In this document: positions 13,296 through 25,135 of the stretch, in pieces
Numbering within the stretch: the stretch's first letter is position 1
Layout of the letters: each line of letters begins with the position of its first letter
Assembly: GCA_001179505.1 (NCBI GenBank)
Contig: CDMY01000518.1
Coordinates: forward strand, 1-60,370
Reading direction: 5' to 3'
DNA length: 60,370 bases
DNA from: Vitrella brassicaformis CCMP3155
Lineage: Eukaryota; Protista; Chromerida
The notes under the pieces: generated by a model
What the model was told of the DNA's origin: nothing
Databases searched by the model: none
Seen by the model: the letters and a program-made list of their open reading frames with translations, nothing else
Translations under genes and position numbers: made by a program

Positions 13296-14060
13296 CGATG
13301 GACCTTGTTAACGAACGAATTGTCCGGAAAAAGCGCATTCGAGAAGAAAGGCTGGAGGCTCGCAAAGGGCGATCAGCAGGGGTGTCCGCAATTCGGGCTT
13401 CTGGCGTCAAAGTGAGAGAGCCAAGCAGCCTATCATGAGCAGAGGAACAAACTCAGGGCTGAACGGCCGCAATGTATTCATAGAAAGGCTTGGCGCTTCA
13501 ATGGGGTAGCTTTGCTGGCGGGTGGAATGGCACAATACACCGGATGTGTAGCGCTTTCATTTCAAAACCATGCGTGTGGTCCCATCCTAGCACTATGCAG
13601 CGCAAAGGCGACAGACGAACGAACAAACAAACAAACACACCATCCATCCATCCATGCATTGGCATCCCATGCAAGTCACCACCACTGGCAGGCAGGCAGG
13701 CAGGCAGGCAAAAACACTTCTTAATCAGAGCAGCCGATGCACCAACACCACGGGCCAAGATGGCCGTCCGGCGAATGCTGGATGTGTTGTTGTTGTGTGT
13801 GTCTGCCTGTCTGTCTGTCTGTCTGTTGCTCGCTACGGCTCGCTGCTCAGTGTGTCATGCTCCTCTCTGTCTGAGTTAGAGAGGGGCTTGCGTATTGGTC
13901 CAAGGCAGTCAGATCGGTGAGTGAGTGCATCGGCTGGCTCTCTGGCTATGCTATCGATTGATAGGCTATATCTCTCTCTCTCTCTCTCTGTTGTGTGTAA
14001 TGTATGGGCACAGGCATCATGGATGTGTCCGTCTATAGAGCTACCCCTCTTGTGTGCACG

Positions 14061-14105
14061 TCCATCCATCCATCCATCCATCCATCCATCCATCCATCCA
14101 TCCAT
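14061..14105. repeat. (CCAT)n tetranucleotide microsatellite, intergenic
   Basis: About 11 uninterrupted TCCA/CCAT units. This is one of many (GT)n, (GTCT)n, (GATG)n and (CACAA)n tracts in the window. Confidence 0.9.
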
Positions 14106-14562
14106 GGGAGAGAGTCCACGTTGCTTTCAGCAAAGAAACAGCACGGAAGCCGTGATGCATCGATGGCATGGGGTGGGGTGAGGTGGGGTGAGGTGGCGTG
14201 GGGTGGGATGGCGAACAGGCGACTGACTGGTCTTCTGTCTGTCTGTGTGTGTGTGATCGCACACATGATGGGTCAAGTCGGCCAAACCTGTCTGTCTCTA
14301 TCTGTGTGTCTCTCTCTACCATAGCCATCCTTTAAAAGCCCCACAGCCCGCCCCCAGTCACCCCACCAGCCATCGACCACCATCGACGCAAGAATGCAGA
14401 GAGAGGGTGTGTGTATGCAGCAGGTATGTCGCTCGCTTCGCTACCTTCTCCCCTGCCCGTCACGCACGCACGCACCATGTCATGTCATCCAGACCACTAC
14501 CCCCTCCCCTCCCCCCATCCCTCGAGATCTATCTACGTTCCCATCTCCGCCACTGCGTCCGC

Positions 14563-15035
14563 TCACTGCATGCGGATGTGGGGGTTGATGTGTGTGAAGG
14601 GCGGCGGGCGGGCAGCGCCGCGGCCCAGCCCCTGGGGGGGCACCTGCGGGGCGGCGTTGAGCCGGCCAGCAGGGGGGCGCAGGTTCATGGTGCCCGTCGG
14701 TCCGCCGGGCGTCGGTGCGGGTGTGAGGTGTGCGTGCATCTTCATGTTGAATGGGCCGGGGGGGCGGGGCAGGGGGGCGCCGCCCTTGGGTCCGCCGAAG
14801 AAACCGCCGACTGACATGAGATCAGATACAGCAGGACATCAATCACGACAAGACACACATGAGCAGAGATGAGATGTGTGTGATGGGCTGTCTGCTCTCT
14901 CTGGGTGTGTTGCTTGCTCCTCACTGTTGTTCTGGGGTCCTATGTTGTATGGCTGGATGACCGAACGCGTTCCGTACGGCACCTGCGCGGGCATCCCCTG
15001 CCCGCCGCCCATCGGCCCCATCGGCCCCATCTGCG

Positions 15036-15066
<31 letters not shown>

Positions 15067-15295
15067 GAGTCCGCCGCCATGCTGCTGCTGCTGCTGTCCG
15101 GTGCCGGTGGTCTGGTTGGGGTGGATGAGCTGCTGGCCCGCCGTGGTGGCCGGCACCTGCGTGAAGTTGCGGTTGGTCGTCATGTGCAGCGGGGGCACGG
15201 TCGGCTGCGGGATGAACGAAACGCGGTGGTCGGGACGGTAGCCCACACCCATGCTGACACAACACAACACGCACAGAAATGGACAGAGGGGATGT

Positions 15296-15326
<31 letters not shown>

Positions 15327-18286
15327 CNNNNNNNNNNNNNNNNNNNNNNNNNNNNNNNNNNNNNNNNNNNNNNNNNNNNNNNNNNNNNNNNNNNNNNNNN
15401 NNNNNNNNNNNNNNNNNNNNNNNNNNNNNNNNNNNNNNNNNNNNNNNNNNNNNNNNNNNNNNNNNNNNNNNNNNNNNNNNNNNNNNNNNNNNNNNNNNNN
15501 NNNNNNNNNNNNNNNNNNNNNNNNNNNNNNNNNNNNNNNNNNNNNNNNNNNNNNNNNNNNNNNNNNNNNNNNNNNNNNNNNNNNNNNNNNNNNNNNNNNN
15601 NNNNNNNNNNNNNNNNNNNNNNNNNNNGGGGGCGCTGTGTGTGTGGGGGTGGGTGTGTGAGTTACTTGGCAGTCCCGGGGATGAAGGGTGGGCGGATGCG
15701 CGTGTGTTGGGGTGGCACGAATGAGTGCGGGCCAGGGGGCAGCATGCCGCCGCCAGGGCCGCCGACCATGCCGCCGAATCGAATCTGAGCACGCGTAGTT
15801 CTGACACACGACACACAACACAACACAACACACTCAACACACATGGAGATGGGATGCATCATCTTTCTTCCTCTCTCTGTGTGTCCCGACCAACCGACCC
15901 GTAGATGTTGACTGGGGCATTTTTGGCCATGGGTGGCGCGTAGCTGGCGATGCCGATGGGCAGCTTGGGGGCCATGCCGCCCATACCCATTGGAGGTGGG
16001 GGCAGGAACGCCTCGAAGTGGCGGGCCATGGGCATGCCATACGGAACGCCTGACGTTACCTGCACCAGCCACACAGGGGGAGGGAGGGGAGGAGGGGTGT
16101 TGGTGTGGGTGTGGTGTGTGGACGTCATGTGGGTGTGACGGACCTTCTTGTTTTCGACTATGTCCCTCGTCGCCTTCTCCACGCAGTTGCCGAAGTCCGC
16201 CGTCACACGCTGCACCTGCACCCACCAACACATCCATCCATCCATCCATCCGTCCATGTGTCGTCGCGTCGTCGTGTTGTTGTGGTGGTGGCGTACCTGC
16301 AAGATGTCCTGCTCGGTGAGTCCCGCCTTCTTGAGCGTGTCCATGAGGGCCTTCTGGCGCACGAAGTCGTCCCTCACACGCGTCGTGTGGTACGGCGGCA
16401 ACTCGTCAAAACCCTCTGAACGCACCAACGAGATGACAACAGACAGGCCATGGTGTTTTGGTTCTGTGTGTGTCGGGGGGAAGGGNNNNNNNNNNNNNNN
16501 NNNNNNNNNNNNNNNNNNNNNNNNNNNNNNNNNNNNNNNNNNNNNNNNNNNNNNNNNNNNNNNNNNNNNNNNNNNNNNNNNNNNNNNNNNNNNNNNNNNN
16601 NNNNNNNNNNNNNNNNNNNNNNNNNNNNNNNNNNNNNNNNNNNNNNNNNNNNNNNNNNNNNNNNNNNNNNNNNNNNNNNNNNNNNNNNNNNNNNNNNNNN
16701 NNNNNNNNNNNNNNNNNNNNNNNNNNNNNNNNNNNNNNNNNNNNNNNNNNNNNNNNNNNNNNNNNNNNNNNNNNNNNNNNNNNNNGGGGGGGGGGGGGGG
16801 GCTGGGCAGCTGGATACCTATCTTCCTGGTGTGGTTGGTGAGGTCGAAGTTGACGCCACGCAGCTGGGTGACGGCATCCTCAAACCACTCTATCATCATC
16901 CTGCACACACACACGTGCCACCACACATCAACACACACAGACAGATGGATGGTCCTTTCCCTCATCCCCCACACCCATCTCTAGCCCTTCTCTTGTGTGT
17001 GTGTGTGTGTGTGTGTGTGTCGTGTGGCTTACAGTGCGTAGACGCGCTGCAGGAACAGTTTCTTGCGCAGGATCATGGCCGGGTCGCCCCTCTCACCCTC
17101 AGCCTCGTTACCCTCCTCGCCGTCTCCCACATCAGCTCCACCCTCGCCACCCTCGGTGCCCTCGCCCCCAGCCGCTGCAGCTACTGTACCGCCACCACTG
17201 CTATCGCCGCCCTCACCTTCGCCCTCACCATGCCCCTGTCCCTCCTCCACCTGCTGTTGCTGCTGGTCGCCGTCCTCTATGATCTCCTTGTTGCCGCCCT
17301 CCTGGCCCTCCTGGTCCTTCTCCTGGTCCTTCTGGGCCTCGGTGGCGGTCCCGGTCGCACCCGGTGCACCGGTGGTGCTGAGGATGGACTGCGACTGAGC
17401 CACGAACTCTGCAAAGGAAGAGAACAACAGGGGGAGGAGAGATCAGGGTGGTGCGGTGTGGTGTGTTGTGGTGTGTTGTGTTGTGTTGTGTTGTTGTGGG
17501 GATGGGGTGCTTACTGTCCATCTCCTCCTTGAGTGTGTGGATGTTGTCGAACACGCTGAGCACGGGGTTGTTGCCGTTGCTGTCCTCCGGCGGCGCGAAG
17601 AAGTTCAGGAACTCCTCGAAATCCACACCGTCGCCCGACGCACCAGCACCAGCAGCAGTGGCAGCGGCAGCAGCGCCCTCCGGCTGCTCCGCGTCCTTGA
17701 TGTGCATGAGCTGGTAGAACTTCTCCAGTTTGTCGGAGGTGAAACCCGCCACTGCACCGCATTCACACACACAAGTGGATGAAGGATTCGTGCGGTGTGC
17801 TTTGGTGCGGTTATGGAGGCGTATGGCGTGTCGGTAGCATCCCCCGTACCCTTTTTGTTGAAGAAGTCCTTGAACTGCTGCGATGTGAGGCATCGGGCAC
17901 CTGTGGTATCGGCTGCACACCCATACACACCCGAAAACATGGAAGATCTGTCCATAGAAACCCTCCCTGTGCCTTTCTGTGGCCACCCTACCGTCTAGGA
18001 AGACGTCCTTGAGCGCCAGGTTGAACTTGTCCTCCCCGTTGGCGTACATATCGAACACCTGCGCGGCACCGGACCCGGAAGCCGGCGCAGCGTCCTCCTC
18101 GCCCAGCTGGACTACTCGCGCACCGCCCTCTACCTCCTGCTGCTGGTACTCGCCCGCGCGCGAGTAGAGGAATGGTTCCTTTGCGGCCATCGCTGGTGCG
18201 TCCTGGTCGGCGTTGGCGGGCTGGATGCGGTCGGTGTCCTCGTTGGTGCTCTCCTGCTGCCCAGGAGGATTCTCAGGCACATCCAT
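14563..18286 (-). CDS. EF-hand-containing protein with acidic linker and long Pro/Gly/Met-rich C-terminal tail
   Basis: MDVPENPPGQ start. EF-hand-like elements LEKFYQLMHIK...DGVDFEEFLNFF and CLTSQQFKDFF. A coiled segment (MILRKKLFLQRVYALRMMIEWFED) is followed by low-complexity PGM-rich exons ending at stop 14563. It spans two gaps, so some exons may be missing. Confidence 0.65.
15328..15627. other. Scaffold gap (300 N) flanked by poly-G
   Basis: 300 N inside the EF-hand protein gene. Confidence 0.98.
16486..16785. other. Scaffold gap (300 N) flanked by G-rich runs
   Basis: 300 N inside the EF-hand protein gene. Confidence 0.98.
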
Positions 18287-18399
18287 CTCTCCCAAAACAC
18301 GTCAATGCGGCAATGAAAAGGAGGGTGGCCAAGAATGCGAGCTTTCGACTCGTAAATGCATCGGACCAGGCGCTGGCGTAGAGTAGCCTTTGCGGTGGG

Positions 18400-20048
18400 A
18401 TGGGTGCGGTGAAGAGCAAGAGCACCGACGAGGCACCGCCCGCCATCAACGGCCAGGTGCTCGACGTCGTCTATCGCGACGAGCGCTGGATCTCGGCAAC
18501 CTCAGGAGGACGGCCCGGTTCTTCAGCAAGGTCGACTTCCCTGCCGAGGTCCTCCGCAATCGCCTCAACCGCTCCCTGCATCGCATTCGCCTCGCTGACG
18601 GGACGCGCCTGGATGCCGTGCTGACGTTTGACACTCAGTCGGTGGTCGGGGCGCAGCTGCTGCTGGCGCCCATCTGGATGGTGGAAGAGCAGAGGTGGGA
18701 CGAGGCGGCTGAGGCGCTGCAGCTGGCCAGCCAGTTTGGCTTGTGCACGCTGCCTCTCAACCTGACGGCAGATGACATCAACACACACGCCAGCAAGACG
18801 GTAAGGCACACACACAGAGGGGGGAGAGAACAGAGAGGCCTCACCCATTCCTCTGCGTGTGTCTGGTGTGGGTAGGCGTATAGATCGGTAGCTCGTGTGT
18901 TGGCGCAGCTCATGGTGGTCGGCCGCCACGTGGCCTTCGGTGACGGCAGCTGCCTGCAGATCGTCCGCCATGCCAATGGCGAGGTGCGGACCATCAAAGA
19001 CCAGCCCGGCTTCCGGCTGACCGTCGACCCGCCCCTCCCTGCCCACCATCATCTGTATCAGCAGCATCGCCTACAGCATGACCCCCCGGTGCGCAGCCGC
19101 GGCGCCTTCTGGGACAACAACGGCGGATGGCGGTCGGGCGGTGGCCCGCTCGATATCACCGATGCGTCGATGTCGTCGTTGGCCAAGAGGATGGTCCTCA
19201 GCCACTTCAACGCGACTCGCAGGGGGCAAAATGGCACATCGATACGACTCAACAGGTATCACACCAATGGCAGCAGTGGGGGAGAGGGGTGCGTGTGTAA
19301 TATTGTGTGTGTGTGTGCGTGGTTGGTTGGTTGGTTCAGGCGTGTTGGTGGGGGCCGTCTGGATGGCCTCCTGACGCAGTCGCCCCACACACCAGTGGCC
19401 GGATGCACCACCACGTTCGGCCAGAAAGGTAGTGTGCGGATTCTGGTGCTCACCGATAGCAGCCACACCTTCGTCGCGTGGATTACCATTGTGGATATGA
19501 GAAACGACGGTCAGGCCGACAGACAGGCAGCTCTGCCGGTCAATGTCATCACTGTTTTCTCTCTGTGATTGTCTGCAGTGTACGTCAGCGTTTTGACGAC
19601 CGAGGCGCCTGTGTGTGTGAGCAGTGCCTTCAAGGACCGCTTCCCCGTCACCACTCAGCTGGCGCGTGTGGCGCTGGGGCGAGTGGGGCCATACGTCTTC
19701 GACGGCCAAGTACACGATGACAGCGACGATGATAGCGGTGCGGACAGAGGAGGGAGGGACACACACACATGGTGGCGATGGATGGATGGATGGAATTCTT
19801 CTCTGTCTGTCTTTGTGTTTGGTGTAGATTCCGACGGCCATGGCGGCGGTTGGGATGACATGGACGACGACAGCGACGGAGAGGGCAGCGGAGGTACAAA
19901 AGGAGGATGGCACACAGCACACCACAGATGGACCCACACCGACCCGCATAACACGTGTGTGTTTGTTTGTTTGTTTGTCTACTTGACAGGGGAGGATGCC
20001 TCAGCTGAGGAGGAGATTAGCGCTAACGACGGCAACGCATCGCCATGA
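18400..20048 (+). pseudogene. Member of a Vitrella-type expanded hypothetical family (F-box-like N-terminus) with an apparent 1-nt frameshift near 18487
   Basis: The ATG frame MGAVKSKSTDEAPPAINGQVLDVVYRDE must shift -1 to continue as ALDLGNLRRTARFF. Downstream exons (EVRTIKDQPGFRLTVDPPLP, GGGRLDGLLTQSPHTPVAGC, FKDRFPVTTQLARVALG) splice cleanly to TGA 20046-20048. The family assignment is from memory. A 53-nt intron (18404-18456) could alternatively restore the frame. Confidence 0.55.
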
Positions 20049-20671
20049 TAGCACACACACAGACCGATCTCAATACTCACTGGTGCACCACAGACACACT
20101 GCAATGTCATCGGCTGGTGCCATGCCTGCCTCCCTCTCTCTCTGTGTGTGTTGTGGTCAGGAGAGTGGCGGAGTGCTGGCTGCCGTCCTCTCTGTCTGTA
20201 GCTCGCTGCCGGTGTGGATTCGCCGCTGATGTCGACGCAATGGACCGAATGGCTGTGTGTGTGTGTTGAAGGGCGGGCATGCCTGTGATGAGTGTGGGTG
20301 GGTCTGTGGGTCGGTCTCTCCCCTCTGTGTGTGTGGCCCTCCTCCGACTCTCTCTATAAATGTGCCTGAGGGTGTCGATATGTATTGGCCTGACTGCCTG
20401 GCTGTGTCTGTGTGTCCGTTGGTGTGGATGGACTGACTGATGATGTGCGTGTCCTTGCCTTTCTCATCTTCCAGCTCGCACTGATTCAGCGCAAGGGACT
20501 GACACATTGCGGGGCACTGAGGGACTCAAACATTGTGCAAGGGAATGAGTCTTTCGATCAGTAAGTCAAACATCCATCCCATGCGCACCATAGCACTACA
20601 CCAGTCATGCTCACGCACAACGAGGCTCTCTACGCAAACAAGAAACACCCACTCAAGAGTGAGTGAGACTC

Positions 20672-23600
20672 TCAGATCTGCTGCGCGGCCCTGGCCGCCA
20701 AATTCTTCTGCACACCGAAGAGGGCACGCACACATCACCCCATCACCCATCCCATACGTTGACCTCCCCCCTCGTGCCTGCCTCTCTCCCTCCCTACCTT
20801 GTGCAGTTCTGAGAACTGTTCGTGTTTCTCGAGCTTGTCCTTGCTGGGGAACTTCCGCATACACACATAGCATATCACCTCCGTCACTGCCGGCGCCGCA
20901 GACACCACAGCAGGAGGGGGCGCGTCGGCGGCTGCTGCTGGCTGGGCAGGGGCGGCAGCAGCAGCAGCTGGAGCAGGCCTGTCTTGTGCAGGAGGGATGC
21001 CCGTGCCGCGACCGATGGCCCCCCGGCCCCTCCCTCTCCCACCACCGCCAGGCAGCCCGCGGCCGAGACCTGACGTGGTGGAAGCTGCGACTGTGAGCTT
21101 CAACGGGCCTCCTGAATGGGGCGGTGACGGAAACAGGTCATGGAAATCGGTCATGTGAGTGTGTGTGTCTTACGGGTGTCGCCAGTGGCGGCCGATGATG
21201 ACGCTGCTGCTGCGGCTCCTGCCGTTGTGTCGCTCCCGTTGCTCTCTGTGGTGTCCTTGCGCTTCTCCTTCTTGGTGTCCTTGCGCACGAGCACATGGGG
21301 GGTGGGGGCTGGGGCCGCCTTGGCCGCTGCATTGCAACAAATGGCAAACATAGCTGGATGGATGATGGTGGGCGTGCCGGTCGGCCATCGTTGTCATTGA
21401 CTGACCTTCCTGTGAGGCTTTGACGGCCTGCTTGGCAGCCTTGAGCATCGACACGATCGCAGACGCCTTCTTCCTGCACACCAGACACACGAGGCGTGTA
21501 TCCAGCCATGATGAGAGTACCCATCCCTCCGTCCCTCCCTCCGTCCCCCGTCTTTTGTCCCTGTCTCTTGCTTACTCCTTGTTCTCTGCGCGTTTCCGCG
21601 CCTCCTCTTCTTCGTCAACTATGGACATCGCCAGAGGGTCGAGGTACGGCACCTCCACTGGTGCTGCTGCCGCCGCCGCTGATGCTGGTGCTGCTGTGGG
21701 TACTGGCTCGGCCGTCTTCTCGTCCTGGGCAGTGGCGGAGGTGTCGCCCTCCTCGCCGGTCTTCTCTGTCTGCTTGAGCCGTGCCGCTGCCGCCTCGACA
21801 ATCAGCTGCTGCGTGTTCTCGCCTGTCATCAGCGGCGCCTGGGGGAAGAGAAGGCAGCACAAGAAGAATGAATGTGTCAGTGGTCGACTTTTGTGTGAGT
21901 GTGTGACGCACTCACCAGCTCAGCCTTGTCGGTGTCATAGAAGTAATACTGCCCCTCACTGCACAGAGAGACGGACAAGGAAAAGTATCAAAGCATCAAC
22001 CGGTTTCCTTTTGTTCTCGGGTGTGCTGTGCTGTGTCCTACGGTGTAAAGTAGAGGCCCGTCTTAGAGTCGAAATACATGCCTGAACAAACAAACCCACA
22101 ACCAGCTCGCACATCAGAGAAGCTCTGCTAATGGCGAAGACTTCCTCATGCCATGGGCGCGCTGCGTACCGAGGTGAGAGGCGAACCAGAGGCCAGTCTT
22201 CTCGTCAAAAGTGGGGGGCGGAGGCTGGTGCTCTGCAGCCATACACACACACACACCGAACCAACCGCCATCAATCCATAAATCAGCCATCTTCCCTCCC
22301 TGTTGTGTGTTCGTGTCGCTGACTGACCTGCGGCGTTTTGTTTGTCGTCATTGTTATCGTTTTCCATGGTGATGGTGGCGGCTGCCGATTGCTGGTGTAG
22401 CTGGCCTTGCCACATCTTCATGTAGTTTTCCCACATGTCTTTGTTGCAGCTGCGGTCGTACGACTGCGAGAGACCACAGACAGACAGACGACAACAGACA
22501 GCCAGAGGGACGGCCGGCATGAGCAAGAGCGATGATGACTGTCATGAGAGAGCCAGTGGAGTGATAGGGGTAACGATCGAGGGGTGGGGTGACAGGGGGG
22601 CAGGGCAGGGCAGGGAGGGCAGCCAGGCGGCAACGCAACACGACAACAACACCGCCCCGCCCGCCCGCCCGCCCCCTGCCCGCCCGGCCCCGACACTCTG
22701 GTGTTGTACTCACGAAATTCATCGACTGAGCCGCCTCTATGGCTTCCCTATGGTTATAACACCCACACAGAGACACACAAACAAACAACGGATGGATGGA
22801 GGGATGCGTCAGGGCGTGGGTGTGAGGTAGGTGTGGGTGAGTCTCGTCTAACGTACTGGCCATAGGTGCGTAGGGGGTTGTCCTGCATCTCCATCTTCAT
22901 CACCGCAGCCAAACTCTCGTCCTGCACACACAAGACACAACACGACACAACACAACACAACACAACACACGCACCAACATACAGATGCGCCGTACAGGAA
23001 GCCCTCCTGTCGCCGTCTCTTTTCTGACCTTGCCGTGCTTGGCATAATGGGCCCGCACAGACTTGTTGCCGACGCGACTACCTGAAACCATCCGACTCGT
23101 GCCCATGCCGTCGACCGATCGACCCACCCATGCATCACCTGTGGCGAGGAAAGCGGTCAATGCCGCCTTGGCCTCCTCCCTGCTGTAGAACTCGATGAAA
23201 CAGAAGCCTGTCAAAAAAGGCGATAGCACCATGACACATGGAAGGAATGGATGTGTGTGCTCGCGCTTTGTCTCTCTCCGCACGTCTCTCACCTCTGCTG
23301 ACGCCGGTGTTTTTGTCCCTGACGAGCCTGAGGTCCTTGACGGTAGCGAACGGCATAAAGGCAGCCTTGATCTGACAGACACCAGCGGACAGAGACCGAG
23401 TGTCAGTCTGGCGCTCAGGTTCTTCCCCTTCTCTCTCTTTCACGTCATCGTCTGTAGAGTTCGGATCGAGGCCCTTGACAATCAACGTCTGACACACACA
23501 GAGAGAGAGCCGGCTGATTTCATCCCTTTTCCCTCGGTGAGTGGGTCATGTGTGTGGTGGTGACACACACCAGTGCTGGTTCCTCTGCGAGTGGGTTAGG

Positions 23601-25001
23601 CGATCCGTGGGCTATGTGGACGCAGTTGGGCATCTTCGGCTCCCCACACTGCTTGCACTCGGTCCGCTTCGTGAAGTTGATGTAGTCGCACTGGCTCACA
23701 CACAACACACACACACAATACACACACACCGTGATCATAGCTGCATTCATAATATTGCGCCTGATCAATGTGTGGGTGTGTCGCTCGCTGACTTGACGCA
23801 CTACTCACCTTCGCACAGATCCAGTCCATCTGCTGCTGGCCGTCTTTGCCCGCCCCTCCCTTGTCCCACCACTGCCACTGCCCGTCGCCGCGCCGCCCCT
23901 CACGCGCATCCTCTCGCGAGAAATCAACGGGGCAATCGACGCCCTTACCCAGCTCAAACACACCAAACGTCGACTGACACACAGACACAAGACGGCACAT
24001 GACATGAATGAATGAAAGACCAAATGAGAGAGTTGGTGTCCTGGCTGTCTGTCTGTCTGGTTACCTTGAGGAAGGTACTAGCGTCTTCTACAGTAGCGAA
24101 TTCGATGAACCCGAATCCCCTCGACTCGCCCGTGCCCTTCTGGCGGGCGATGCGCACTGAGATCGGGGGGGCGAAGTGCTCACGACCACACATCGCACGC
24201 ACCGCCGTCTCTATCTGAATGACCGAACGGTGCAGAGAGATAGCCCACGTGTGGATCCACTCACACTCTGTGGCGTGGCCACCCTGGTGTGTGCGTGAGA
24301 TGCGTACCTGCAGCTCCACTACGGTCGGCGGCAGCTTCCGAACCATGATCTGATTGACGACGAGAGGGCAACAATTGTGGCCGAGCACCTCACATCAAGA
24401 AAACACGTGCGCCGTGTGTGTGTGTGTATGTGCTGACCGTGGAGGCTGGCGGCACGACCGACGCGAATTCGGTGCTGCCCCGTCCGTCCCCGCCGGCATA
24501 CCAGTCCTGGAACCCCTCGTCTCCTTTGCCCTGACCCTGCTGTTGCCCCTGCTGCCGCATTACCTTGCTGTCCCACCTGCTGTCACGCTTCCTATCTCCG
24601 CCACCGCCCGCACCCCGGTCCCTGCTCCGGCTCCGATGCCGCGAGTGCTGCTTCCCGCGCCCATCACTCCCATACCCGTCATCGCCGTCCTCATCCCGCC
24701 TCTGCCACCTCTTCCTCTCCCGGCTGTCGCTCCTGCTGTCCTCCTCCTCCTGCTGGTAGGACGGCGCTGTCAGCCCTGGCGCACTGCCGAAGTCCAGAAA
24801 GGGTGTGTGCGCCCCGTTTTGCTGCTGGATATACTGTTGAGCCATGGCCATGGCGCTAGAGGGCGGCCGTGTGGGTGGAGGGGGAGGCTGGAAGGGCGTC
24901 TTGGGCGCCGCTGGCATGTATGAGGCTGCGAAGAAACCCTGCGACGACGGCGGGGGCGGTGGGGGCGGAACTTGTGCTGGCTGCTGGCCAGACTGATACA
25001 T
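20672..25001 (-). CDS. RBM5/RBM10-like splicing regulator (RRM, RanBP2 zinc finger, RRM, OCRE, C2H2 zinc finger)
   Basis: RRM1 has SRGFGFIEFATVEDA. The RanBP2 finger is DWICAKCDYINFTKRTECKQC. RRM2 has LIVKGLD and GFCFIEFYSREEA. OCRE repeats read FDEKTGLWF / MYFDSKTGLYF / GQYYFYD. The C2H2 finger is ICYVCMRKFPSKDKLEKHEQFSELHK. Stop at 20672. Confidence 0.88.
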
Positions 25002-25049
25002 TACTGACTCGTGGCCTGTACGCTTCTCCGCCCCTTTCACGTTCTTCCT

Positions 25050-25068
25050 GCGAGCTGTAGTAGCTCGC
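25050..25068. promoter_or_regulatory. Inverted pair of GCGAGCT motifs (GCGAGCT-gtagt-AGCTCGC) in RBM5/ENT divergent spacer
   Basis: Directly visible palindromic arrangement in a 134-nt spacer between divergent ATGs. The same heptamer occurs upstream of most genes here. Confidence 0.5.
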
Positions 25069-25135
25069 GATGGGGTAGGTGTCGGGAAAATCAGCGGATT
25101 ACGCCTCGGAAGGGCGCCATGCTGCTCTTCAGTAG

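Noticed and set aside
13300-14560. Hidden gene or ncRNA in the 1.2-kb intergenic stretch
   Set aside because: Only short ORFs and microsatellites are present, with no coherent exon chain or recognisable RNA motif.
2596-16800. Poly-G/poly-C tracts flanking gaps as conserved G-quadruplex regulatory elements
   Set aside because: Orientation relative to the sense strand is inconsistent (G-rich in LIG4 and CYC1, C-rich in the EF-hand gene). Homopolymers are a standard cause of short-read assembly breaks.
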